Part shown: positions 28,398-39,310 of the stretch, piece by piece
Position numbering within the stretch: the first letter of the stretch is position 1
How the letters are laid out: each line of letters starts with the position of its first letter
DNA from: an uncultured virus (IMG/VR IMGVR_UViG_3300010233_000001)
Lineage: Duplodnaviria > Heunggongvirae > Uroviricota > Caudoviricetes
Reading direction: 5' to 3' (one strand)
Virus record (IMG/VR): IMGVR_UViG_3300010233_000001
DNA: 64,000 bases
Program-made: the position numbers and the translations under genes
Notes under the pieces: generated by a model
Told to the model about the DNA's origin: nothing
What the model saw: the letters and a program-made list of their open reading frames with translations, nothing else
The model's database searches: none

Positions 28398-29027
28398 TTA
28401 TTCTTTGACATCTTTCATCTCCAATTCTATTCTATCAAGATCAATTAATTTGAAATTATTTGACTCATCCTTCATTATGTTTCTAATGTGAATATCTAAA
28501 TGATGTGGGACGGCCTCGTTGATATTGTTGCAAAATAACTTAATCTTTTCTGCATCAAAGTCAAGGCCTCGACCCAAACCTTGCAACATTTCTGCAATTT
28601 TTTCGGAAGAAAAATTCTTCTTAATTCCACGGTCCTCGTGTGAAATAATACTGTGAAATACTTTGGACTCGTCCTCAGAAATCTTCCGAAGTCTCTCCAT
28701 GGTGTAGTAGTAGATAACAAACTTCTGGATACCTTTACGCCAATATGGCATCTCACGAGAATAAAATCCTAGGTACCCATGTTCATAGACGTGTGCGTAT
28801 GCGGCTGGCTGAGTCTTGATTAGATAGTTGAGTACCCTGTCAATCTCGTTATAATAGGCAAACAGTTCACCATCATGATGTTCGTAGATAATACCCAGTT
28901 TAAGAACCTTTTGGGGGTCGTCTGTCAGGGAAAAGACTTCTCCATCAGCTCCAGAGCCGAGGCGCTCTCCAAGGTTAGGAGGGATCCAATCAGCACAAAA
29001 TTGTCGGCATAGAGAGAGTACAAACAT
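28398..29027 (-). CDS. Protein-kinase-like fold protein
   Basis: LGSGADGEVF...VLK...HLDIHIRNIM...KLIDLD. Confidence 0.75.
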   Translation of the reverse strand: MFVLSLCRQFCADWIPPNLGERLGSGADGEVFSLTDDPQKVLKLGIIYEHHDGELFAYYNEIDRVLNYLIKTQPAAYAHVYEHGYLGFYSREMPYWRKGIQKFVIYYYTMERLRKISEDESKVFHSIISHEDRGIKKNFSSEKIAEMLQGLGRGLDFDAEKIKLFCNNINEAVPHHLDIHIRNIMKDESNNFKLIDLDRIELEMKDVKE

Positions 29028-29097
29028 GTTTCCCCAAAAGAGAAACCCACGTGTTTAGCGTGGGTCTCTCAGTGAATTTCCTCTAAAAATCGTCTTT

Positions 29098-29331
29098 TTA
29101 GTTGACTACATCATCAACAACAGGGTTCATAGTGACCACTCCGTTGGTGACAACTGGAGAGACAGGGACAGCAGGAACTGTCTGTTGAGCGACGACTGGG
29201 GCCTTCTTGGTCTTCTTGACAGCCTTCTTAGCTGGCTTCTTGGCGGCAGACTTTTTAACGGTGAACTTCTTGGTGGTTGCCTTTTTAGCTGGCTTCTTAG
29301 CTGCTTTTTTGGCGGTTTTCTTAGCTGGCAT
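29098..29331 (-). CDS. Histone H1-like Lys/Ala-rich protein
   Basis: AKKAAKKPAKKA repeats. Confidence 0.6.
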   Translation of the reverse strand: MPAKKTAKKAAKKPAKKATTKKFTVKKSAAKKPAKKAVKKTKKAPVVAQQTVPAVPVSPVVTNGVVTMNPVVDDVVN

Positions 29332-30325
29332 CTTATTCTCCTAAACGTTTATATGGCTTGTGAAATGATATTGTTATCAAACAATACTTGACGAAATTCT
29401 TCGGTAGTTAGGTCTCGACCATTAACTTCTTGCCATGCGTAAACTGCCGTGGCAACATTGGGAATTTCTGAACCCATGTAATGTAAGCGTACTTCTATCT
29501 CGGCCACTGTATTTCGACCCTGTGGTAACTCTTCAGAATATAAGTGAACTTCCTGTCCCAAAACTTTAAACGTTACACAGTCTCGACGTACAATCATTAT
29601 ATATCCTGAGCTATTTGTTTAGAAGGAAAAGTCATAGTATTTATCACGTTTCCCAATGTAAACTGGCGTTTTACTATTAGTAATACGCCAGCTATTGTCC
29701 TTACGTAAAGAGGCCGTATGGATAGTTCCTTGAGGATCGATCTGAAAAATATAATCCTGGGATTCAGACATTCCATTATTATCTATTCTAGATGCAATAT
29801 CCTCTTGAAATGTAATTCTCTTACCAGAACTAGAAATATCTATGATAGTTCCAGGAAATCTATCTGATCCAATTGCCAAAGTTACGCCCATTCCAATTTC
29901 AGGTCTAGGGCTAAATACATTCAACATCTTCTTCATCTTTTTGAATCTCTATTTTTTCCATATAATCTTTATCGGCGCACTCAGAAGAACAGAAAAAACT
30001 CTCTGTAAACTGATGTGTATGGATATTTTCTTCTAAAACTTTAATACACCAAGAACATTTAGGAAGTGACTGATACTCTTGCTGGGCCCATTTTTCGGCT
30101 TGTTGTGGTGATAAAACTTGGTTATCAATCAGAATGCGAACCTTCTTGATACCAGACTCTTTCCACAATCTCCGCTCTTTACAGGCGGCGTTGACCGCTC
30201 GATAGGGCGTCGGATGTGACCCATTCAAGGTACGTTCGATAGTTACAACGGAACCATAGTTAGGGTGAGAAAATCGATTCACACTATACATTTTATTGAT
30301 GCCCCACCTTAATATTGAAGGCTTG

Positions 30326-30438
30326 TGCTAGGAGCAGGAGTTGAACCTGCACGGTATGTTGAGGTGCATCTCAACTCCCAAGGATAAACTAACAAGCACG
30401 TTAGTTTATCCTCGCGTATACCACTCCGCCATCCCAGC
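30326..30438 (-). ncRNA. tRNA-Leu-like RNA with a 13-bp anticodon stem and enlarged variable arm
   Basis: GCTGGGA/TCCTAGC-A, D-arm GGCGGAGTGGTATACGC, AGGATAAACTAAC/GTTAGTTTATCCT. Confidence 0.65.
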
Positions 30439-30448
30439 ATACTTTAAA

Positions 30449-31129
30449 TTATTGAAACAGATAACTGGTTTCAGCCCCCTTGACTGTCAAAAGGCGTCTC
30501 TCTAGGCCTGGAATAGCTCTGCGCATGTTGTTAATGATCCTCATGATAGAGTCAAACCAACGAGCCGGAAGTTTGCTTCCATAATGTTCGAAGACAACTT
30601 TGTCTCGCAACTCTGAGATGGGGATGATGCGCCCCACATGGCTATGAATATACTTGAAAACCTCCCACTCAGAGTCATTTAGGAGATGAGATCCAAACTT
30701 AGTCTTGATTCGCTTAGTGTTCCGATCCAGAACGAAATCGACATGAGCAGGGATAGCGCTGATATTATTTTTGCTGTCTACCATGATTGTATTTCCGGAT
30801 GGTGTTTTCTTGATTTGAACTAGATTGTGGCTCAATTTATCCTTGATTAAGTCACCAATGGTCTGAACTGGCCTCTCTTCTGTCTTGTCTTCACCCTGAG
30901 TTAGGGAAGCGAAACTAACCTTGAATGGTTCTGCAACACCGATAGTGGTGTACTTACGCTTGATTTCAGAAACTGTCTTCTTGACCGTTTTAATCTTGAC
31001 AGTTTGAGGGTCTTTGGCAAACTGAACTAGCTCTTCCCAATAAACTTTCTTGCCAGTGCGTGGAACTAAGTAATCAACTACTTTGGTTTCTTGTTCGGTT
31101 AGTTTGACTTGTGAATCCATTTTCTTCAT
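30449..31129 (-). CDS. Winged-helix (OmpR-C-like) DNA-binding protein
   Basis: LTEQE and LNDSEWEVF...INNMRRAI...LLTVKG. Confidence 0.55.
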   Translation of the reverse strand: MKKMDSQVKLTEQETKVVDYLVPRTGKKVYWEELVQFAKDPQTVKIKTVKKTVSEIKRKYTTIGVAEPFKVSFASLTQGEDKTEERPVQTIGDLIKDKLSHNLVQIKKTPSGNTIMVDSKNNISAIPAHVDFVLDRNTKRIKTKFGSHLLNDSEWEVFKYIHSHVGRIIPISELRDKVVFEHYGSKLPARWFDSIMRIINNMRRAIPGLERRLLTVKGAETSYLFQ

Positions 31130-31137
31130 CCATCAAT

Positions 31138-32268
31138 TTATAGCGTCTTATTTCTGATTTCAGTGGAACTGATGTCCCATTCTCCCTTGATCGGGAGCAT
31201 AATGATACGAGCCGAAGCCCATACGTTGAAGGGATGATTAGCTTTTATGTCATCGAGAATGTTTTCACAGGTAGTGAAAACACCATTGACCTCTCGACCT
31301 ACGATGAAGAGCTTAGTTCCCATCTCATAGAAGCTTCCGAGCATCTCTTTGACGTCCAAACCCCACTTAGGATCCAACATACGGACCATAGCATCAGCAC
31401 CAAGGACCAACGGCATCTTAGGGAAGGCGCGAGCCTTGTCGATGTAGAAGGGCTCCTTCTGAGTGAAGATACGATCACGACCCTGAAGTAGCTTGGCACG
31501 CTGCAAAAGCTGCTGAACAGTCAGTGCATTCTTGTGCGGGGGCTCGGCCGTTACCTCAAAGAGCACACTCTTGTGGAAGGCATACTGCACCTCTTCCGCA
31601 ATTCCAAAGTGCCCTTCATGCGGCGGGTTGTAAGCACCCGGCATCAGAGCATACAGCTCATTAGTGCCCCTCGGATTGGGGACTTCAGCGAATCTTTTAC
31701 CATTGGCAGCGAAGAAAGGACGAGCAAAGAATCGTTCCTTAGCAAACTCCGTAGCGTCCTGATACTCTTGCAGAGGTGGGCCACTATCATCTACCGGAAA
31801 AGCAGAGATACCAAGAGCGTCCAGCATCATATAGAAAGCAGAATCGTTGCAAGCATCACCATCTGAGTGGCGTGCTACCTGTCCAAGTCCTTTGAGCAAA
31901 ACCTTCTCGAAGGTCAAGACTTTTTCATCTGTTATGATGCAGATATCAAAGCGATGCTCACCCCTATGAATCCTTTCAGAGGCCACAGAGGCGGTCAAAC
32001 CGATACCAACAGGCTTCTTCCCACCGAACTTATAGGCCTTCATGTAAGCTGCGCTGGCCAAGTCTACAGCCGCTTCTCGGCTGACAAAATGTTCTGGCAT
32101 GAACCCCAACAGCTCTTCTTGTTCAGATTGATCGTAAGGGAAAGAGGAGCCCGAAAGGTAGGCTGAGGAGCCTGGAACACCCCACAATTCATTCTGAATG
32201 CCCGCTCCGCCACCAGTAGCGATGACGTGGATATTGACACCAAGTTCTTTTAATTTGTCAGACCACAT
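31138..32268 (-). CDS. CinA-like plus HxGH nucleotidyltransferase (NMN/NaMN adenylyltransferase-like) fusion
   Basis: ATGGGA...VPGSSAY...VSREAAVDLA; PGAYNPPHEGH; LGADA; ISSTEIR. Confidence 0.8.
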   Translation of the reverse strand: MWSDKLKELGVNIHVIATGGGAGIQNELWGVPGSSAYLSGSSFPYDQSEQEELLGFMPEHFVSREAAVDLASAAYMKAYKFGGKKPVGIGLTASVASERIHRGEHRFDICIITDEKVLTFEKVLLKGLGQVARHSDGDACNDSAFYMMLDALGISAFPVDDSGPPLQEYQDATEFAKERFFARPFFAANGKRFAEVPNPRGTNELYALMPGAYNPPHEGHFGIAEEVQYAFHKSVLFEVTAEPPHKNALTVQQLLQRAKLLQGRDRIFTQKEPFYIDKARAFPKMPLVLGADAMVRMLDPKWGLDVKEMLGSFYEMGTKLFIVGREVNGVFTTCENILDDIKANHPFNVWASARIIMLPIKGEWDISSTEIRNKTL

Positions 32269-33486
32269 TACTTCCTCTTACTTTTAGATGTTTGCAAGCG
32301 CGCCATAACATGTTCTAAATGTTTACGAGGAAATTTCACCTGCGGTTCCATTTGGAACTTATTCCTAGGACAATCATCCTCTTCCCGATAGTACATGAAT
32401 TTTGACTCACCTGGAGTATTATTGGCGACCTTCTCTTCATGACAACGAATGCCATTGTTAGGCATGTGATGAACCGCCTCCCAATTATCTGGATGTCTGT
32501 TCCAACGAATAACCTTGCCGTTTCGTTTTACATCTTTGCCGGCCCGTCCATTGATGAGTTCATACATATTGACTGGCTGATGACGCGCTTGTTTCTCGTA
32601 GACCGCAACCAGATTATAAAACTTTTCCATATCTTTAGCGCTTTTAAAAGCGATCCAAACATAACTTCGGCATCTGGGAGTAGAAATCTTATCTAAAAAG
32701 ATAGCGCCACTTTTGAGATTTTTTATCTTGAATTTGTGCTTGCAGTTAGCAGAACAGACACCCTGACAAGAATTGGTAGTTTGGATGCCAAGGTCCCACA
32801 TCCTAGTCAAAAGAGGGGCGATGTCTCGATCAATTCGAACCCACTCTCCTTGATATGGCAACCACTTGAAATGATGCCGCCCACTCTTTGTAGTATCTTT
32901 TAGCTTCTTCATTTACTTTTGAAACCGTGATAATTATCCCACCACTCTTTAGTGTGATTGGCTGTTTCGCACTCATTACAGGTGCAATGGGCTCCGAACT
33001 CCTTGCCCGGATGGCAAACCGGATCATCTAAGTCTGGCTCGATAGTGCACTTCATATCGCATGGCCACTTTTCGTAGCACTCTGGACATGAATGGTAGTG
33101 CTTCATACTGGCTTGTATTCAATAATACTTTTTTTTGTGAGGGGCAACTTGCTGCCAGGCAGCGCCATTCTCAAAGTCTGAATCATCTTCTCGCACGGAG
33201 TAAACGGCTCTCCAAAAAGTATTAGAGGCTTTGTGCTTGACGATCATCTCGGCAGCTGAAGGATACCAAGAGCCACCAATATAGTTGTCCATTACTTTAT
33301 ATGACGGGTCTTCAGAAATCTGTTTCGGAGATTTAGGAGTCGGATTAGGGTTCATATCAACCTCTGTTGGGGGCATTTGCCCCCAATGAATGGGTCGAGC
33401 CCTATACCAATTTATAGGGTTCTTAGTTGGCGGATCGGCCTGGCCTACCTTATCGGCTAAGCGATTCGCTATACGATGTCCTCGGC

Positions 33487-34032
33487 TCAGTCCATGCCAT
33501 CGTAGCACTTGATCCACATCTCGTTATGAGTGGGGAAGCAAAGCTCCTGATGAGATGGAAGAATAGGAAACTTGACAGCTAACACTTCGTGATTGACTTC
33601 GAACTTTACTTCGTCATCATATACCCCTCGGCGATGAACGCCAAAGATTAGCATGTTCCCGGTGGTTGGGGCGTTGACAATATCGAACAATTCGAAATCG
33701 TCTGGTTTGGTTACTAACCCAACCTCTTCGATCAATTCTCGGGACAGAGCTTCTCTCCAGTCTTCTCCGAAATTGATGTAGCCACCTGGAAGAGCCCACT
33801 CGCCCTTCTTAGGTTCAATGCCTCGCTGTTCTACTAACCAGCCACACTGTTCACCTACTCCTCCTCTTCGGAAGACTTGGATCAATCCTACTGCCACTGG
33901 AATAGGATTCTTGTAGCTTTCGTGGTTACAGATGAAACAAATGCGGGGCCAAGCCACCTTCTCGGTAAACTCAGACCCACACCAACTGCAATGAGAATCT
34001 TTCTTATGTTCCATAATAGGTGGCTTTATCAT
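33487..34032 (-). CDS. Nudix hydrolase with an N-terminal Zn ribbon
   Basis: CSWCG...CFIC; WALPGGYINFGEDWREALSRELIEEVGL. Confidence 0.9.
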   Translation of the reverse strand: MIKPPIMEHKKDSHCSWCGSEFTEKVAWPRICFICNHESYKNPIPVAVGLIQVFRRGGVGEQCGWLVEQRGIEPKKGEWALPGGYINFGEDWREALSRELIEEVGLVTKPDDFELFDIVNAPTTGNMLIFGVHRRGVYDDEVKFEVNHEVLAVKFPILPSHQELCFPTHNEMWIKCYDGMD

Positions 34033-34375
34033 TTGATATTACTGGTTCAGACGCCCTTCATATACTTTCGCGCTTGTTTCTCCTGCTTCTTCTGTTCAGT
34101 AGAAAGTTCAGCCTTGGGAGCTTCTACCTGCTTGACAACAGGGGCGGGCTTACGATCGCGCTTGTCGATCTTGGCCAGCAGCTTAGCTCGCTGCTTAGCA
34201 CAACGTGGTTCAGGTGGAAGCTTAGCAAGCTTCTGCTCCAATGTCAGAAGATTATAGGCGTCCTGACGCTCTTTGGCTTCCTTAGCTCGGAAGCTAGCAA
34301 CGTGGCGGGGCTGACGATCAGCATCGGGATACTTCTGTCGGTTGTTAAGTTTAGGTCCGGGCATAGCATTTTCCT

Positions 34376-34942
34376 TTATGAGAGTTCTTTTTCGACAAGA
34401 TCAATGACTCGATCATCTGACAGCATCAGATGATGGATTAGTGTAGGGACAGTATAAGATCGTCCCACTGGTAACTTTGCACTGGGCATTGGAACCATGA
34501 GATCGAAAGGGGTCCAAATAGAGACTACATCATGCTTCAGAAGCACATCAACGTCTCTATTGAGATCGGTAATGAAGGGGCTACCAATACGCATCTGTCG
34601 CATAGCAGGCCGCAAACCAAGAGAGGCAATCGGTGTGCCATGATGAGGAGAACCGATCGTAATAAACTTACGAACATGGTCGGCTCCTCCCATTCGTTGA
34701 ATGTAATAACGGGAAACGATCCCGCCCATACTGAAGCCAACAAGATCGACAGGAACACCAATTATTTGGACAAACTTGTCCAATTGCCCTGCCAGAACTT
34801 CGATGCTGACAGCTCCATTATTAGGGGCCAAATCGATCGAAAAGGTCTGAAATCCACGTCTCTGTAAGTAACCTGCCATCTCTTGAAACGCAGTGCTATC
34901 TTTCCAAATTCCGTGGACAAAAACAACGGGAACGTTTTCCAT
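34376..34942 (-). CDS. Alpha/beta hydrolase (lipase class 2-like)
   Basis: VFVHGI, GFSMGG, GSPHHGT. Confidence 0.9.
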   Translation of the reverse strand: MENVPVVFVHGIWKDSTAFQEMAGYLQRRGFQTFSIDLAPNNGAVSIEVLAGQLDKFVQIIGVPVDLVGFSMGGIVSRYYIQRMGGADHVRKFITIGSPHHGTPIASLGLRPAMRQMRIGSPFITDLNRDVDVLLKHDVVSIWTPFDLMVPMPSAKLPVGRSYTVPTLIHHLMLSDDRVIDLVEKELS

Positions 34943-34949
34943 TGCAATC

Positions 34950-35363
34950 TCAGATCAATTTGATATCAGGGAATTTTGTCTTGAAAACTTCAAGAGTTCG
35001 ACGATTATAGTCGGCAAAGGCACCAACCTCAGGACTAGTTAGTTCGGCCTGAGTCAGCCATTTGACCTCTCCCTCTTCCGAGTTGTGAGGTTCGCCTTCC
35101 CAAGCTAGAGCGTAGTAGCAATAGGTGTGGAAATCCTCACCATCAGGCGAAACTTTCGGCTCCACTCGGGTAAAGATGTGTTCCGTCAAAATGACATTAA
35201 TGCCGGTTTCTTCTAGCGTTTCTCGAACAGCAGCAGCGGCAATGGACCTATCAGTCTCATCGACTTTACCGCCTGAGAGACCATACTTAGTCTTATCATT
35301 ACGACGAGAGATGCTCAGAATGAGTCCATCTCGAATGACTAGCATGACAGCAGCGTTACGCAT
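34950..35363 (-). CDS. Nudix hydrolase
   Basis: GGKVDETDRSIAAAAVRETLEETGI. Confidence 0.9.
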   Translation of the reverse strand: MRNAAVMLVIRDGLILSISRRNDKTKYGLSGGKVDETDRSIAAAAVRETLEETGINVILTEHIFTRVEPKVSPDGEDFHTYCYYALAWEGEPHNSEEGEVKWLTQAELTSPEVGAFADYNRRTLEVFKTKFPDIKLI

Positions 35364-35372
35364 GATTACTCC

Positions 35373-35705
35373 TTAGCAATATGAACTGGAGGTTGACCAG
35401 CCAGCACGGTTCATTTCACGCTCTAGGTCGTCCGTTTGGAACTTTTCGAAGTCCAAACGACGAGCTTCAACAGCATCTTCTATAGCAATGTCGAGAGATT
35501 CTTCGTCTGGGAACTCTCCACTTTCATCTAGACGATTGTATATTTCACTATACTCATCTTCCTGTCTCCAGTAGGTATAAATAAGGGCTGGAAATCCTAG
35601 TTTCTCACGAAGCTGATTGGCTTCTCGTAAGCAGGCTGCGGCCTCTTTGAGGCGGCCATTCAGGAGCGCCAAAATCTTTTCAAAATCCTGATCGAGTTCT
35701 GACAT
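35373..35705 (-). CDS. GWxxSxxxC-terminal family protein
   Basis: Ends AGWSTSSSYC; start reassigned to MSELDQ. Confidence 0.6.
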   Translation of the reverse strand: MSELDQDFEKILALLNGRLKEAAACLREANQLREKLGFPALIYTYWRQEDEYSEIYNRLDESGEFPDEESLDIAIEDAVEARRLDFEKFQTDDLEREMNRAGWSTSSSYC

Positions 35706-36082
35706 GAAAATACTTTCAATAGCGAATTTTGGATAGGATACGGCGTCTCCCGTTTCGGCAATGACATCCAAGGATGTCATCTGTGTTGTTATCTGGGCCG
35801 TCCGTTATTGTCTCAATTTTAGCTGAGTGACTTATACCGTAGATTCTTACTCTTCAGATTTCATCGCTCAATATCTTCAACATTACTGTCCTTACAGCAA
35901 GCTTTTATCTTTTTCAAGATTCCCAAGCAGGGAAAGATTTCAGGTAATTACTCCCGTTCTCATGAGTCTATCTACTCACCAGCAGATAATTATTCTGCAT
36001 GCCTCCATTATATGTCACAATATAATCATATATTTTTCGAAGTCAAGGGCGCTTAATTTGTACAATTTAGTGCCACTGCTGT

Positions 36083-36691
36083 TCAAAATTTCTTAAATCT
36101 TGAAACAAACTCATGCATCACAACGCCCGAAGCTGTTCCACAGTTCAGGCTTCTTACCGAGCCATACATTGGTATCTCTACAATATCTATACATAGAGAT
36201 TGCATTTCAGGAGTTAATCCAACTCCCTCTTCTCCAAAAATGAAAAGGCTGTTCGGAACAAACTGATATGAAGAAATGGAAACAGACCCAGGCACGTTAT
36301 CAATACCAATAAAAACATACTTATCTTTCAGTTGTATAAGCTGATCTAATGTTGGCACCCATTGAACGTCGGTGTAGTTGTAGACTCCAACAGCCGCGCG
36401 CTTATCCCATTTCTTTTCACCGATATAGAAAACCTCTTTAGCATTGAAAGCGTTTGCATTTCGTATGACGGTGCCCATGTTAAAATCGCCAATGATATGT
36501 TCCATGCAGATGGCAAAAGGATTAGCTGTTTCTTTTAGAATTTGCCTGATTTCCTCTACAGTTTTGCCCTTTAGATGATCGGCAACATTATATTGCCAAG
36601 CATTAAAATTTGGATCATTAATCTTTGCCGCTTTATGTTTAGCTGAGCTAAGCAATAAGTCGGGCTGGGTTTTGATCTTGAGATACGACAT
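36083..36691 (-). CDS. SpoU/TrmH-family RNA 2'-O-methyltransferase
   Basis: NMGTVIRNA...FGEEGVGL...IPMYGSVRSLNCGTA. Confidence 0.9.
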   Translation of the reverse strand: MSYLKIKTQPDLLLSSAKHKAAKINDPNFNAWQYNVADHLKGKTVEEIRQILKETANPFAICMEHIIGDFNMGTVIRNANAFNAKEVFYIGEKKWDKRAAVGVYNYTDVQWVPTLDQLIQLKDKYVFIGIDNVPGSVSISSYQFVPNSLFIFGEEGVGLTPEMQSLCIDIVEIPMYGSVRSLNCGTASGVVMHEFVSRFKKF

Positions 36692-37702
36692 AACTTACTT
36701 TCCAGCACTCATTTTTAGTTTTTCAGTAAACTCAGCTACCTCGCGGTCAACTTCTTCTAGAGCCGTTTTAATAGATTGTTCTTCCTCAACCTTGATCCTG
36801 ATACGAACCGCTTCTTTCTTTTTGCGATCTTCCTTGACTTTATCCAAGTGATCGATGAACTTAGAAATAGATGCATACGGTATGGTAACCCACCAGAAGA
36901 TAGCTGCCAAAATCAAAGGAGGATAATCATCTCCATCCCACTCGAATCCAAAACCAACCTTAGCGTCCCACAAAATGAATCCAAAGCTTACAGCTATATA
37001 AAAACATAATACTAATACAGCCATTTCTCACCCTTAAACTCTATAATAACTTTCTTAGCCATGATATTCAATTCCAAACGGTAGAGTCGGGCTCTTCCCA
37101 ACCTTCATCAATTCTTTTGATTGTCTCCTGATCAAATGAAACAGGATCCCATCCAGATTTTTCTAATAAAGAAACGTAAATATCCCACCAATAACTAATA
37201 GCTTTTAAATCATAAGCGGTTGCCATTCTTTGAATTAACCTATTAGCTTCAGGCGCGATGAGATCATAAGGAACTTTAGCCATGTATTATATCTATATGA
37301 AGAAATTCTGAGTACATTGTTAATTGAGTTTCTTATTAGTGTTGGTAGATGGGAGTGTCGATGGTACAGTAGATTCTTTTTTAGCAGGAAGCTGAAAATT
37401 AGAACCAACCCACGTGGCCTCAGTTGAAGCTGCTACAATAACTGAATAGTAATATCCTTTTGCTTCGTCTAGAATTTTCACCAGATCATCATAAATATTT
37501 TTAGCAGAAGAGTTACCTGTCCGCTTATAGACGGTAATGGCCACTACCGAACCGGCCGAATTTTCACCCAAAGAAGAGATTACCTTACCGTCTTTGGAAG
37601 TAGGGCCCACCATGTACCCTTTCCTAGCCATTCCAGAGATGATATCGTCCTGAATATCTGGTAGCAGTACTGTAATCCAGCAGAAATATATCTCCATCTT
37701 CC

Positions 37703-38731
37703 TTATTCCTTCGAATCATTGAGTCGATTGACGATCTCTTGTATCTTTTCCTTATCTAAAGATAAGTTCATACGAACGAATCCTGGCGCTCCGAACAGGG
37801 CACCGTCAATGAAATTGACTTTCGCCTTCTCTTGACTAAACTTTGGGCCGGTTTTGAACCAACCAAACATTCCTGGCGTCTCTTCAAGGTTAGTTGGGAC
37901 TTCTAAGACCTCAGGATCAACCGTCTTGAGAATGTTTTTGGATTCCTGCAAGGCTAAGAAAGAATTGTTCTCGAACTTTTCCGTTAGTGTTGGATAGCCA
38001 CGCATTCGATTCATCAATTCGTAGGTGAAGATTTGAGATGGAAGAGAAACTCCCACCGTCATAGCCTCCATATACTCTTTGATTAACCGATAAAACTCTG
38101 GGTTAGGGCAGACTGCATAGCCAACTCTCAGAGAAGAGAGTCCTAACATCTTAGAGACAGAGTAAATCTGCACATCTCCGATAGGAGGAAGTGGAGTTCC
38201 CTGTGGAATATAAGCGTGAGTGTGGTAGGCTGCGTCATGAATGAGAGGAAGATTGGCTTCCTTGAATTCTTTTGATAATTTATTCAGTTCGTCAGGTGAT
38301 TCTAGATGTCCATTAGGATTGTTGGGCGATATCAAAAGAAATGGAGATTTATCATCTACATGAGGTCCGTTAGCATGCACCATATCAATATCATGCACCT
38401 TGGCCAAGGGAGGAATCAGAGCCCAATGAGGGCTTTTTTCTCCACAATAGTTCCATCCTACTTTTTTGAGTGCCCAGAAGACAGCACTAAGAGCTTGCTT
38501 AGCTCCATTGGTTACCACCACAGGGGCATTATGTTTCCACTCCAGGAGATCAACCAGGGGTTTGAAACCATTTGGCGGCGGATAATCCCAAGCATGATCC
38601 ACTATAGGCAGTTTCCAATCACTCATGTCAAAAGTTTCGAAGAGTTTCTCACGAACAATGTAAGGCTCGCCTACGGAGACGTTAAGCCATCCCCCAGGAA
38701 GTTTCGGTTTTGCGAGCAGAATGTTACTCAT
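37703..38731 (-). CDS. PLP-dependent aminotransferase class I/II
   Basis: TNGAKQAL, SPNNPNG, IHDAAY, SVSKMLGLSSLRVGY. Confidence 0.88.
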   Translation of the reverse strand: MSNILLAKPKLPGGWLNVSVGEPYIVREKLFETFDMSDWKLPIVDHAWDYPPPNGFKPLVDLLEWKHNAPVVVTNGAKQALSAVFWALKKVGWNYCGEKSPHWALIPPLAKVHDIDMVHANGPHVDDKSPFLLISPNNPNGHLESPDELNKLSKEFKEANLPLIHDAAYHTHAYIPQGTPLPPIGDVQIYSVSKMLGLSSLRVGYAVCPNPEFYRLIKEYMEAMTVGVSLPSQIFTYELMNRMRGYPTLTEKFENNSFLALQESKNILKTVDPEVLEVPTNLEETPGMFGWFKTGPKFSQEKAKVNFIDGALFGAPGFVRMNLSLDKEKIQEIVNRLNDSKE

Positions 38732-39310
38732 CTTCTACCAACTTGCGAATTTTTACCATTTCTTCATCGCTGTATAACTTGCCAATATCGGAATCATCAC
38801 CAGTAAAATGTCTATTAGCCAAACGATAGAGGTCATAAAGTTTGACCTTCTCGCTGGGTGAGAGATGATCATCTCCTTTATACACCTCGACTTTGGAGGT
38901 AAACTGTGCTATCTTCAGCGAAATGAGTGCTAAAGTGCTCGCCATATTTTCAACGGTAGCATCTTCTTTTAGCATTAGTAATCTTCCTCTTCTTTGATAC
39001 CAAGTGCGGCAACTTGGCCCTTACTGCACCATTCGCAGAAGTCTAGCTCTTTGGTTACATGATTCCACAATACACCGTCGGCCACTATCTTGAGCGTTAG
39101 GAACGGTCTGTCAATAACTTTCTGGCACTTGTCACACTTGCAATAGCGCATCTTACTTAGTCCCTGACGAAAATTGAATGGGATAGGCTACCCTCTATTA
39201 CTAAGGCGAAAGGAGGGGAATACCTCAGCTCGATACCGATAGCCTATCCCAAGCTTTATATATCATTAGATTATGCCTAGCCTGCGTGAATGGGTCGGCT
39301 ATTTATAGGA

